Shown here piece by piece: positions 1-9,178 of a stretch of DNA of 64,000 nt. Below the pieces are notes generated by a model, which ran no database searches, was not told where the DNA came from, and worked only from the letters and a program-made list of their open reading frames with translations. A program made the position numbers and the translations under genes. This stretch comes from an uncultured Saprospiraceae bacterium (GTDB lineage: Bacteria > Bacteroidota > Bacteroidia > Chitinophagales > Saprospiraceae), in assembly GCA_937924035.1 (NCBI GenBank), contig CALDTK010000083.1:8116-72115 (forward strand), in the 5' to 3' direction. Position 1 is the stretch's first letter. Each line of letters opens with the position of its first letter.

Positions 1-2045
1 GGCAATGGACAGTTTGGGAAGGTTACGCCGCTTCAAAACTTTTCAAAGCAGGTTTTCGTTCAAATAACATTGATCCTAACGCGCGCCATTGCATGGCGTC
101 AGCGGTAGGTGGTTTCATGCGTACCTTCGGTATGGATGAACCTATGGGCTGTTACGATGACATGGAACATGCCGATGCGTTTGTGTTGTGGGGTTCTAAC
201 ATGGCAGAAATGCACCCAATTCTGTGGACACGTGTCACTGATCGACGTCTTAGTGCTCCGCATGTGAAGGTGGTGGTGCTATCCACGTTTGAGCATCGCA
301 GTTTTGACCTGGCAGATATCCCTGCCGTATTCACACCACAAACCGATCTGGCAATACTTAATTATATCGCCAACTATATAATTCAAAACAATGCAATTAA
401 CTGGGACTTCGTTAACAAGCACACCATATTCAAGCGAGGCAACACGGATATAGGCTACGGCCTTCGACCAGAACACCCTTTGGAGAAAGCTGCTGTCAAC
501 GCTGACAAAGCAGGCGGTTCGCAACCAATGACCTTTGATGAGTTTGCTACATTTGTTAAAGACTACGACGCCGACTCTGTTTCTAAATTGTCGGGTGTCT
601 CTAAAGAAGCGCTAGCAAAAATCGCAGCCCTATATGCGGATCCTGATACTAAAGTCACTTCATTCTGGACGATGGGCTTTAACCAGCACACTAGGGGTGT
701 CTGGTGTAATAATCTTATCTACAATATCCATCTGCTCACCGGGAAGATAGCGACACCTGGTAACTCGCCGTTTTCTTTAACCGGTCAGCCTTCTGCATGC
801 GGCACAGCGCGTGAAGTAGGTACGTTTTCGCATCGTTTGCCGGCTGATTTAATCGTAAGTAACAAGGATCACAGAGACTTCGCAGAAAATATATGGAAAA
901 TCCCTCAAGGTACTATTCCTGGTAAACCTGGTTATCACGCTGTTCAACAAAGCCGTATGCTGAAAGACGGTAAAATCAATGCTTATTGGGTCCAGGTTAA
1001 TAACAATATGCAAGCTGGTCCGAACATAAATGAGGAAGGCTACCCGGGCTATCGCAATCCGGAGAATTTTATTGTTGTTTCCGATGCTTACCCAACAGTT
1101 ACGGCGCAGGCGGCTGACTTAATCCTACCTACAGCAATGTGGGTTGAAAAAGAAGGCGCCTACGGCAATGCTGAAAGGCGTACTCAGTTTTGGCACCAGA
1201 TGGTAGATGCACCAGGGGAGTCTAAATCTGATCTCTGGCAACTTGTTGAATTTTCAAAACGATTTACTACCGATGAAGTCTGGCCTGCAGATCTATTGGA
1301 TAGCAATCCGGAATACAAAGGAAAGACCTTGTACGACGTGCTATACGCTAATGGGCAGGTCGATAAATTTCCATTATCAGACAGGGATAAAGATTACGCC
1401 AACGATGAATCCGATGAATTCGGTTTCTACATTCAGAAAGGCTTGTTTGAAGAGTATGCCCGATTCGGTCGCGGCCACGGACATGACCTTGCTGATTTTG
1501 ATGCCTATCACGAAGCACATGGATTGCGTTGGCCTGTAGTAAAAGGCAAGGAGACGAAATGGCGTTATCGCGAGGGCAGTGACCCCTACGTTGGCAAAGG
1601 TAAAGGTTTCGAGTTCTACGGCCATAAAGATGGCAAAGCACGCATTTTTGCTCTGCCGTATGAACCTCCCCCGGAGTCGCCGGATGATGAGTACCCTCTA
1701 TGGCTGAGTACAGGTCGGGTGCTTGAGCACTGGCACTCGGGCTCAATGACACAACGGGTACCTGAACTATATCGTGCGTACCCCGAGGCCAAGGTATATA
1801 TGCATCCAGATGATGCATCAGCGTTAGAACTGCGCCGAGGAACAGCCGTATCTGTACAGTCGCGTCGGGGGGAAATAAAAAGTCGTGTGGAAACGCGCGG
1901 TAGAAACAAACCACCACGGGGATTGGTGTTTGTGCCTTGGTTTGATGCCGGGCAACTGATAAACAAAGTGACGCTTGATGCCACTGATCCGATCTCCAAG
2001 CAGACTGACTTTAAAAAATGTGCGGTCAGAGTTGTCAGGGTATGA
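1..2045 (+). CDS. napA: periplasmic nitrate reductase catalytic subunit NapA (5' end lies upstream of the window)
   Basis: The frame of ORF 93..2045 stays open back to nt 3 ([35 protein letters not shown]...). Molybdopterin-oxidoreductase-like body ending ...[15 protein letters not shown]. napB and napC follow. Confidence 0.9.
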   Translation, partial: QWTVWEGYAASKLFKAGFRSNNIDPNARHCMASAVGGFMRTFGMDEPMGCYDDMEHADAFVLWGSNMAEMHPILWTRVTDRRLSAPHVKVVVLSTFEHRSFDLADIPAVFTPQTDLAILNYIANYIIQNNAINWDFVNKHTIFKRGNTDIGYGLRPEHPLEKAAVNADKAGGSQPMTFDEFATFVKDYDADSVSKLSGVSKEALAKIAALYADPDTKVTSFWTMGFNQHTRGVWCNNLIYNIHLLTGKIATPGNSPFSLTGQPSACGTAREVGTFSHRLPADLIVSNKDHRDFAENIWKIPQGTIPGKPGYHAVQQSRMLKDGKINAYWVQVNNNMQAGPNINEEGYPGYRNPENFIVVSDAYPTVTAQAADLILPTAMWVEKEGAYGNAERRTQFWHQMVDAPGESKSDLWQLVEFSKRFTTDEVWPADLLDSNPEYKGKTLYDVLYANGQVDKFPLSDRDKDYANDESDEFGFYIQKGLFEEYARFGRGHGHDLADFDAYHEAHGLRWPVVKGKETKWRYREGSDPYVGKGKGFEFYGHKDGKARIFALPYEPPPESPDDEYPLWLSTGRVLEHWHSGSMTQRVPELYRAYPEAKVYMHPDDASALELRRGTAVSVQSRRGEIKSRVETRGRNKPPRGLVFVPWFDAGQLINKVTLDATDPISKQTDFKKCAVRVVRV

Positions 2046-2521
2046 ATGCCACCGTTGAATTTTATCCACCACTGTCGCGGTTCGTCTGTGTATGGGCACT
2101 CATGGTTATGCTCATGACGACAGGGCAGCTATTTGCAGACCCTGATCAATTGGCTACATTGCGTAAAGGCAGTATCTCAGAAGAGGCTGATCCCCCTCGT
2201 ATGATGACAGCAGAAAACAAGGATATAAAGCGCAAACGCAACTACCCGATGCAACCGCCAATCATTCCACACAAAATTGAGCACTACACCGTTAATCTCA
2301 ATGCCAACAAATGTCTCACTTGTCATAGTCGTCGCCATACCGGAGACTCTCAAGCGCCGATGGTAAGCGTCACACACTATATGGATCGTGATGGTAACTT
2401 TTTGGCGGAGGTTTCACCCAGACGTTATTTCTGCAACCAGTGTCATGTGCCGCAAGTGGATACAAATCCGTTGGTCGTAAATGACTTTAAGGATGTCGAC
2501 ACACTTCTGAAAAGCCAATAG
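2042..2521 (+). CDS. napB: diheme cytochrome c subunit NapB
   Basis: ATG at 2042 overlaps the napA stop (ATGA). Hydrophobic signal present. Two heme c motifs, CLTCH and CNQCH. Small size and position fit NapB. The track start at 2018 is an upstream extension inside napA. Confidence 0.85.
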   Translation: MNATVEFYPPLSRFVCVWALMVMLMTTGQLFADPDQLATLRKGSISEEADPPRMMTAENKDIKRKRNYPMQPPIIPHKIEHYTVNLNANKCLTCHSRRHTGDSQAPMVSVTHYMDRDGNFLAEVSPRRYFCNQCHVPQVDTNPLVVNDFKDVDTLLKSQ

Positions 2522-2534
2522 TGGTAAGGCATCC

Positions 2535-3125
2535 ATGATTGCTATCGCAAAACGCATGTGGGGTGTAATGAAGGCACCAAGCGTTCACTACAGTTTGGGC
2601 TTTTTATCTTTGGGTGGTTTTTTGGCCGGGGTGATGTTCTGGGGAGGCTTCAATACCGCATTGGAGGCCACAAATACGGAGACGTTTTGCATTAGCTGCC
2701 ATGAAATGAAAAGTAATGTTTATCAGGAAATTAAGAGCACCATCCACTATACCAACCGATCTGGTGTGCGCGCTACTTGCCCTGATTGTCACGTGCCTCA
2801 TGAGTGGACTAACAAAATTGCGCGTAAAATGCAGGCATCGAAGGAAGTATGGGGACACATTTTCGGCACCATCAATACACGAGAGAAATTTCTTGCCAAA
2901 CGTGGAGAGTTAGCTCGTCACGAATGGTCAAGATTGAAAGCCAACGACTCACTTGAGTGTCGTAATTGCCATGATCTCACCTTCATGGACTTCACACGTC
3001 AAAGTATACGAGCGGAGCAGTCGCACAGTACGTTACTGGCCAGCGGTGAGAAGACTTGCATAGATTGCCACAAGGGCATCGCCCATGAACTCCCGGATAT
3101 GTCGGGTGTTGAAGGTTGGAAATAA
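2535..3125 (+). CDS. napC: membrane-anchored tetraheme cytochrome c, NapC/NirT family
   Basis: N-terminal TM helix ([19 protein letters not shown]). Four CxxCH motifs (CISCH, CPDCH, CRNCH, CIDCH). Lies directly after napAB. Confidence 0.9.
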   Translation: MIAIAKRMWGVMKAPSVHYSLGFLSLGGFLAGVMFWGGFNTALEATNTETFCISCHEMKSNVYQEIKSTIHYTNRSGVRATCPDCHVPHEWTNKIARKMQASKEVWGHIFGTINTREKFLAKRGELARHEWSRLKANDSLECRNCHDLTFMDFTRQSIRAEQSHSTLLASGEKTCIDCHKGIAHELPDMSGVEGWK

Positions 3126-3145
3126 AAAAGAAGAATCTACACCTT

Positions 3146-4240
3146 ATGAATAATCTAATTAACTCTCAGCAGCGCAGGCGCAGATGGTACATCAGCTTGG
3201 TGGTGTCGAGTGCTGTGGTTGCTGCACTTGTTGGATGTGGGGCTGATGAAACAGCACCGACGGTTCAGCCCGTCCGGCCCGTCAAATTGCTTGAAGTTGG
3301 GGTTAGCAACAATGAAAAGAATGTTAGCTTTCCAGCCATCATAGCCGCTAGTGCCACTTCTGATTTAGCCTTTTCGGTGGGTGGCAGCGTAGCTGAAGTA
3401 CTGATAGAAGAAGGGCAGGGAGTTCAACAAGACCAGGTAATCGCAAAGCTCGACCAGCGAAATTACAAGAATGATCTGGCTGCCGCTCAAACGCAGTACG
3501 ACACTGCACAGGCGGAGTATCGTCGTGCAAAGAAGCTGGTCGTTGAAAATGCCATTGCTCGCAACGTGTTTGAGCAGCGTAAGACGCAACGCAATGTCGC
3601 GCAAACCACACTCGACAGCGTAAAAAAGGCTCTGGAGGACACGGAGCTACGAGCACCCTTTGCTGGGGTTATAGCTGATCTACAGATTGATCAATTTGAA
3701 AATGTCTCTCCGGGTTCTGTTGTCGCAGTAGTGCAATCAACCGGTGCTGCTGAAGCAGTTGTGCAGATTCCCGCTTCACTAGTAGCCAATTCTGAGAACT
3801 TGCAACCGATCGAAACCAATGTAGCGCTTGACGCCGCACCTGGCGTAATGATCCCAGCTACCTTTCATTCTGCAGCTGGCCAGGCTGATCAAAGTACACA
3901 AACATTTGAAGTCAAGTTTGCGTTCACACCGCCGGAAGGCTTACTCATTCTACCTGGTATGACGGGTACCGTTAAGGGCAGAGTCAAGGTGCTAGGTGAT
4001 GAAGTATCCGCCAATCAGATGTTGGTCAACCTTTCAGCTATAGGCTCAGATGGAGATGAACGATTTGCGTGGCTTGTTGACCCAGAAAAAATGACGGTCA
4101 CCAAACGAACAATCACAGTGGGTAGCAGTATTGGTGAACAGTTGGTGGTGCTCGATGGCCTTGTCGCAGGTGACACGATTGTTGGAGCAGGCATGTCTTA
4201 TCTGCATGAGGGAATGCAGATACGGCCGTACGAAGAATAA
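3146..4240 (+). CDS. RND efflux periplasmic adaptor (membrane fusion protein), lipoprotein
   Basis: Lipobox-like VVAALVGCG. Coiled-coil-type segment (AAAQTQYDTAQAEYRRAKKL). Sits immediately upstream of the RND pump. The track start at 3116 is TTG and overlaps napC, so the ATG at 3146 is preferred. Confidence 0.8.
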   Translation: MNNLINSQQRRRRWYISLVVSSAVVAALVGCGADETAPTVQPVRPVKLLEVGVSNNEKNVSFPAIIAASATSDLAFSVGGSVAEVLIEEGQGVQQDQVIAKLDQRNYKNDLAAAQTQYDTAQAEYRRAKKLVVENAIARNVFEQRKTQRNVAQTTLDSVKKALEDTELRAPFAGVIADLQIDQFENVSPGSVVAVVQSTGAAEAVVQIPASLVANSENLQPIETNVALDAAPGVMIPATFHSAAGQADQSTQTFEVKFAFTPPEGLLILPGMTGTVKGRVKVLGDEVSANQMLVNLSAIGSDGDERFAWLVDPEKMTVTKRTITVGSSIGEQLVVLDGLVAGDTIVGAGMSYLHEGMQIRPYEE

Positions 4241-4251
4241 AGGTCGTCACG

Positions 4252-7200
4252 ATGAATGCCGCTGAATTTGCAATTAAAAATCGCCTGATTAGTTTTTTGG
4301 TGTTGATGGGTTCATTAATTGGGGGGTTGTTAGCTTATCAAAACCTGCCGCGCTTTGAAGATCCTGAATTCACCATTCGCCAGGCACAAATAATTACTCA
4401 GTATCCCGGCGCCACGGCTGAAGAAGTTGCCACAGAGGTAACCGAGGCGCTTGAATCTGCCTTGCAACAAATGCAGGAAGTGGAGGAGATCAGTTCTATA
4501 TCATCCGCCGGCTTGTCACGTATAACGGTTGAATTCAAATTTAAGTTCTCACCAACTAAGTCCGATCTGCAGGGTATCTTTACTAAACTCCGCAATCGTG
4601 TCTCAGATGCGCAAAGCGCACTACCACCCAATGCAATGAAAACCATTGTTAACGATGATTTCGGCGATGTGTTCGGGCTTTACCTGCAGTTGACGGGTGA
4701 GGGGTATACACCGAAGGAACTTCACGACTACGCCAAAGCGCTGAGAATAGAATTATTATCGGTTGACGGAGTTGGAAAGGTAGTGCTCAACGGGATTCAG
4801 TCAGAGGCTATCTATGTCGAGGTGTCGAGGGAACGCGCTAATGCTCTGGGTGTATCGGTTTCACAGATATTCGATGATTTATCTCAGCAAAATTCAGTGG
4901 TGTCAGCGGGTACGGTTGACGTGGGTAACCAAACCCTGGTGATTACACCCAGCGGGAGAGTAGATTCAGTAACAGCCATTGAAGACCTTGTTGTGTCGAC
5001 AGCCACCAGTGGGACTCTGGTATACCTTCGTGACGTTGCAACCGTAAGTCGCAAATACCAGGATCCGCCGCAGATGGTCATGCGCTATAACGGCCAGCCG
5101 TCCCTGGGTATTGGTATTGCCAATGTGCTCGGTGGCAATGTCTCCAAAATGGGTAAAGCCATTGACGCAAAGCTTGCAGCGGGTCTGGAGCGCCGGCCTC
5201 TAGGTATGGAAGTTCACCAGTATTACCATCAAGGTAAAGTGGTGGATGTGGCAGTGTTTGAATTTGCCAAAAACGTGGTTGCGGCACTGGTTATTGTGCT
5301 CGTCACCTTGCTTATCTTTATGGGCCTCAAGTCGGCACTCATCATAGGCGCACTATTGTTGTTTACTATTGCTGCCACTTTGGCTGTGATGTCTATTGTG
5401 GGGCTGCCAATGCATCGCATCTCACTAGGTGCTTTAATCATCGCACTCGGTATGTTGGTAGATAATGCGATAGTTGTCGTCGATGGTATTTTGGTCGGTG
5501 TGCGACAAGGGCGTAAAAAGCTTGAAGTGGCTAAAGATGTTGTACAACGCACGCAGTGGCCGCTGTTGGCCGGAACTGTTGTAGGTATTCTAGCGTTCGC
5601 CCCTATCGGACTAACCGCTGGTAACATGCGAGAGTTTGCCGGGCATCTTTTTTGGGTAGTATTAATCTCTTTATTGTTCAGTTGGCTATTTGCTATCACC
5701 GCTGTGCCTTTACTAGCAGATATGCTGTTTAAAGAATCAGATCCTGCAGATCATCAAGTAAAACCTGAGGGTATCATGACACGTGGTTACAAGGGGTTCA
5801 TGCGTGGGGTACTTGCCGTGCGCTGGCTTATTGTGACTATGGTGATTGGACTGTTTGCGATGTCTATATATGGCTTCCAGTTTGTTAAATCAGGCTTTTT
5901 TCCAGCCTCCACTACTCCACAAATTGTAGTTGACTACTGGCTGCCTGAAGGCACATCCATAGGCCAGACCGAAGCCGATCTGTTGGTCATTGAAAAGAAA
6001 CTGCAATCGTTTGACGAAATAACCGATGTACATACCCTGGTAGGGGGCGGTGCGCTACGATTTACACTTGTATATGGCCCAGAAGCACCGAACTCTTCAT
6101 ACGGCCATTTCCTGCTTAAAGTATCTGACCATAACCTTATTCCGGATTTGTTGCCACAGATCCAAAACTACCTTGATCAGGAATTTCCAGATTCCCAGGC
6201 TAAAGTATGGCGCTTCCAGTTAGGCCCTGGTGGCGGTTCTAAAATCGAGGCAGCGTTTTCTGGGCCAGACCCTGTGGTGTTAAGACAATTAGCCAATCAA
6301 GCTAAAGCGATTCTGGCTGAAGACGGTGAAGCAATATCTATCAAAGATGATTGGCGCTCCCAAGTGCCAAGTATTCGACCGATTTATTCAGAGTCAAAAG
6401 GGCGACGACTGGGTATATCACGTGAAGATCTGGCGAGCGCATTAGCGGTTAATTACTCAGGTAAGTCGGTGGGTGCCTATCGTGAAGGTGATACACTTAT
6501 TCCGATCATCGCGCGCGCTCCAGCAACGGAAAGGCAGGGTGTAGATGGTATTAGCTCTGTTACCGTATTTAGTGGTGTCACCGGAAAGGCCGTGCCATTA
6601 AGTGAAACGGTTGATGGCTTTGAAACTCAATGGGTGAATGCACGCCTAAGGCGCGTTGATCGTGTATGGACTATTAAGGCACAGGCTGATCCTGTACCTG
6701 CCGTGTTGGCGTCTGTTGTCTATGAGCGTATTAAACCAAAAATCGAAGCGTTGGAATTACCCAGTGGTTACTCGTTAAAGTGGGATGGTGAACAGGGTGA
6801 TAGCTCTGAAGCGACCGGTGACTTGTTTGCAGCGATACCGATGGGAGTATTGGCCATGGTGTTAGTGGTCGTACTATTGTTTAACGCACTCAGGCAACCC
6901 CTGATCATATGGCTCGTTGTACCACTGGCATTAATTGGTGTGGTTTTCGGATTACTAGTAACCAACACAGCGATGGAATTCATGGCAATGTTGGGTCTGC
7001 TGTCCCTGTCTGGATTGTTGATTAAGAATGGCATCGTGCTGGTTGATCAGATGGATATAGAAATACGCGAAGGTAAGCCCCGGTTTGATGCCGTTGTTGA
7101 CTCTGCGACAAGCAGAGTGCGGCCTGTAATGATGGGGGCGCTAACAACTGTGCTTGGTGTGTTGCCGTTACTGACAGACGCTTTTTTCAAGTCGATGGCA

Positions 7201-7593
7201 GTCGTTTTGGTTTTTGGTTTGTCGTTCGCTACTGTACTGACGTTAATAGTGGTACCAGCACTCTATTCAATTTTCTTTGGCGTAAAATCATCAGAGACAT
7301 CGGCGCGTCGTGTGAACGCAAATGATAGCGACGTGGCTCACCGTACCAGTGAATACCGTCGGGATGAACAGGATCGTGGTGACTATCTTGAACCTGACCT
7401 ATATCACGATGAGTATCGATACCCCGAACATGAGCGTGGCGAGTATCGAGGATCTGAATATGATCGTGTTGAGTATCGTAGGGCTGACGACGAACGCGAT
7501 GAATATCGTGCCCCTAGTCGTGCGAGAGTTTCGGATCGATATCGTGATGAGTATCGTGGTGATCATCCTGAAAAATACCGGGACGACCAGTAA
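4252..7593 (+). CDS. RND efflux permease (AcrB/AcrD/AcrF family) with an unusual charged C-terminal tail
   Basis: 1113 aa. N-terminal TM followed by large periplasmic loops, then multi-TM blocks (e.g. GALIIALGMLVDNAIVVVDG, LLSLSGLLIKNGIVLVD) typical of AcrB-like pumps. Flanked by adaptor and outer-membrane factor genes. Confidence 0.9.
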   Translation: MNAAEFAIKNRLISFLVLMGSLIGGLLAYQNLPRFEDPEFTIRQAQIITQYPGATAEEVATEVTEALESALQQMQEVEEISSISSAGLSRITVEFKFKFSPTKSDLQGIFTKLRNRVSDAQSALPPNAMKTIVNDDFGDVFGLYLQLTGEGYTPKELHDYAKALRIELLSVDGVGKVVLNGIQSEAIYVEVSRERANALGVSVSQIFDDLSQQNSVVSAGTVDVGNQTLVITPSGRVDSVTAIEDLVVSTATSGTLVYLRDVATVSRKYQDPPQMVMRYNGQPSLGIGIANVLGGNVSKMGKAIDAKLAAGLERRPLGMEVHQYYHQGKVVDVAVFEFAKNVVAALVIVLVTLLIFMGLKSALIIGALLLFTIAATLAVMSIVGLPMHRISLGALIIALGMLVDNAIVVVDGILVGVRQGRKKLEVAKDVVQRTQWPLLAGTVVGILAFAPIGLTAGNMREFAGHLFWVVLISLLFSWLFAITAVPLLADMLFKESDPADHQVKPEGIMTRGYKGFMRGVLAVRWLIVTMVIGLFAMSIYGFQFVKSGFFPASTTPQIVVDYWLPEGTSIGQTEADLLVIEKKLQSFDEITDVHTLVGGGALRFTLVYGPEAPNSSYGHFLLKVSDHNLIPDLLPQIQNYLDQEFPDSQAKVWRFQLGPGGGSKIEAAFSGPDPVVLRQLANQAKAILAEDGEAISIKDDWRSQVPSIRPIYSESKGRRLGISREDLASALAVNYSGKSVGAYREGDTLIPIIARAPATERQGVDGISSVTVFSGVTGKAVPLSETVDGFETQWVNARLRRVDRVWTIKAQADPVPAVLASVVYERIKPKIEALELPSGYSLKWDGEQGDSSEATGDLFAAIPMGVLAMVLVVVLLFNALRQPLIIWLVVPLALIGVVFGLLVTNTAMEFMAMLGLLSLSGLLIKNGIVLVDQMDIEIREGKPRFDAVVDSATSRVRPVMMGALTTVLGVLPLLTDAFFKSMAVVLVFGLSFATVLTLIVVPALYSIFFGVKSSETSARRVNANDSDVAHRTSEYRRDEQDRGDYLEPDLYHDEYRYPEHERGEYRGSEYDRVEYRRADDERDEYRAPSRARVSDRYRDEYRGDHPEKYRDDQ
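7300..7590 (+). repeat. degenerate coding repeats (GAGTATCGN-type) giving a D/E-Y-R rich tail on the RND pump
   Basis: Translation ...SEYRRDEQDRGDYLEPDLYHDEYRYPEHERGEYRGSEYDRVEYRRADDERDEYRAPSRARVSDRYRDEYRGDHPEKYRDDQ. It follows the last TM helix (LIVVPALYSIFFGV). Confidence 0.8.
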
Positions 7594-7628
7594 TAGCAAC
7601 AACCGCCCAATCGCAGAAAGAGCTCAGC

Positions 7629-9032
7629 ATGAAACAGAAAATTCAATTTGCCGCAACTGTGCTTGTGACTGCCTTTATAAGCGCCTGCGCAAATAACGTT
7701 GCAGTCGTTAGTGAAGAAAGCATCGCCGAGGCGCGTAGCAGCCTGCCAGAAACCAAAATAACCTGGAATGCGGTTCAGGACGCTGTCGGAGAAGTGGAGG
7801 TAGGGTGGATCAGCAAGTTCAACGACCCGGTTCTTGGGTCATTAGTCCTTGAAGCACAAACGAATAACAAAGACCTGCAAGCCTCTGCAGCTGGTGTTGA
7901 TGAAGCGCGAGCACTGGCCAAACAAGCAGGTGCTGCTGTGACACCATCGGTTAATTTGAGTGCGGGTGGGCAGCGAGGTGGCGCTGTTGAGGGTAGTGCG
8001 GCGACAGGATTAAACGTCGGGTTAGAAGCAAGCTGGGAGGCAGATGTGTGGGGTCGTGTACGCTCTGGAAATCAAGCCGCCCTGGAGAGCTTCGAAGCTG
8101 CTAAGGCCGACTACCGGTATGCACAGCATAGCATCGCGGGTGCAGTCGCCAAATCATACTTGGTTGCTATTGAAGCGCAGCTTCAAGTCGATGTGACAGA
8201 TAAGGTCGTCGCAGCGCTCACCGAACTACACAGAATAGTAAAGTTGCAAGCAGACAATGGATTAGCCAGCGGACAAGATGTTGCGTTAGCGAGATCAGAT
8301 CTAGCGTCTGCGACAGACAGCCAGGTCAGCGCTAAAAGTGGTCAACGAGACGCGCTGCGTGCGTTAGAGTTGTTACTAGGTCGCTATCCGGGAGCAGACC
8401 TTGAGGTTCGAGAGAGCCTCCCGGATACGCCTGCACCTCCCTCAGCAGGAGTGCCTTCAGAAATTCTGGAGCGCCGGCCAGATCTCGTTGCCTCCGAGCG
8501 GCGGATAGCAGCGGCGTTTAACAGTACCAATGTTGCCAGGGCCGCACGCCTGCCTCGCTTTGGCCTTTCAGCCAACCTGGGAGGATCGTCGCAGGATTTA
8601 TCCGACGTTTTAAACCCTGCCAACCTCGCATGGAGCGTTGCCACGAATCTACTTGCACCGTTGATTGACGGTGGACTCGGAAAAGCACAAGTAGAGCAAG
8701 CTACCGCTCAGCAAAAGCAGGCGATAGCCGCCTATGCCAGTGCAGCGACATCTGCCTTTGGGGAAGTAGAAACTGCATTGGATCAAGGCGTAACCTTGGC
8801 AAAGCGTCGTGGAGCGCTGGAAGAAGCTTATCGTGAAGCGCAGGAAGCGCTTCGCATCGCAGACCTGCGCTTTAAAGAGGGGGAGAGTGACTTGTTATCC
8901 GTGTTGCAGATTCAGCAGCGAGTGTTTGGTTCTGAAAGTAACTTGCTGTCAGTCCAGCGAAGTCAATTGACGCAATTCGTAGATATAAATCTCGCACTAG
9001 GTGGCGATTGGGATGACGCAGAGTTGAACTGA
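7629..9032 (+). CDS. efflux outer-membrane factor lipoprotein (NodT/OprM-like)
   Basis: Signal plus lipobox (LVTAFISAC). 467 aa with an Ala/Leu/Gln-rich two-repeat architecture. Last gene of the adaptor-pump-OMF operon. Confidence 0.85.
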   Translation: MKQKIQFAATVLVTAFISACANNVAVVSEESIAEARSSLPETKITWNAVQDAVGEVEVGWISKFNDPVLGSLVLEAQTNNKDLQASAAGVDEARALAKQAGAAVTPSVNLSAGGQRGGAVEGSAATGLNVGLEASWEADVWGRVRSGNQAALESFEAAKADYRYAQHSIAGAVAKSYLVAIEAQLQVDVTDKVVAALTELHRIVKLQADNGLASGQDVALARSDLASATDSQVSAKSGQRDALRALELLLGRYPGADLEVRESLPDTPAPPSAGVPSEILERRPDLVASERRIAAAFNSTNVARAARLPRFGLSANLGGSSQDLSDVLNPANLAWSVATNLLAPLIDGGLGKAQVEQATAQQKQAIAAYASAATSAFGEVETALDQGVTLAKRRGALEEAYREAQEALRIADLRFKEGESDLLSVLQIQQRVFGSESNLLSVQRSQLTQFVDINLALGGDWDDAELN

Positions 9033-9058
9033 TACGAATGGCATTGGATAAACTTGAA

Positions 9059-9122
9059 AATGGCGTCTTCTGGATGTCGCCATTCCAGTACACCAGCGAT
9101 CTTAAGCTTGGTTTTATTTTTT
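9059..9122. terminator. terminator region between convergent genes
   Basis: Hairpin AATGGCG-N12-CGCCATT (9059..9084), followed on the minus strand by TTTTCAAGTTT. A weaker CCAGC/GCTTGG hairpin is followed by TTTTATTTTTT (9112..9122) on the plus strand. Confidence 0.4.
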
Positions 9123-9178
9123 GTTGGTTGTCATCTTTCAAGTTTGAATTGACGATAACTTAGTGGTTTCTTTCCGTT

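Noticed and set aside
1348-1917. 189-aa minus-strand ORF inside napA, together with the other short ORFs at 152..334, 279..524, 1207..1539, 1377..1625, 1616..1999 and 1824..2099
   Set aside because: All lie within the strongly supported NapA reading frame. They have odd composition and no start or Shine-Dalgarno context, and are typical shadow ORFs.
3116-3145. Longer start for the RND adaptor, overlapping the napC stop
   Set aside because: The codon at 3116 is TTG and adds [10 protein letters not shown] ahead of a normal signal. The ATG at 3146 gives a standard lipoprotein precursor.
5229-5699. 156-aa antisense ORF inside the RND pump gene
   Set aside because: It is antisense to a confidently identified AcrB-type gene. 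Its Ser/Thr/Ala-rich product is a typical artefact of the opposite strand of TM-coding DNA.
7322-7696. 124-aa plus-strand ORF overlapping the RND tail and the OMF start
   Set aside because: It is an alternative frame of the repeat region and runs across the intergenic gap and the OMF start. It has no independent support.
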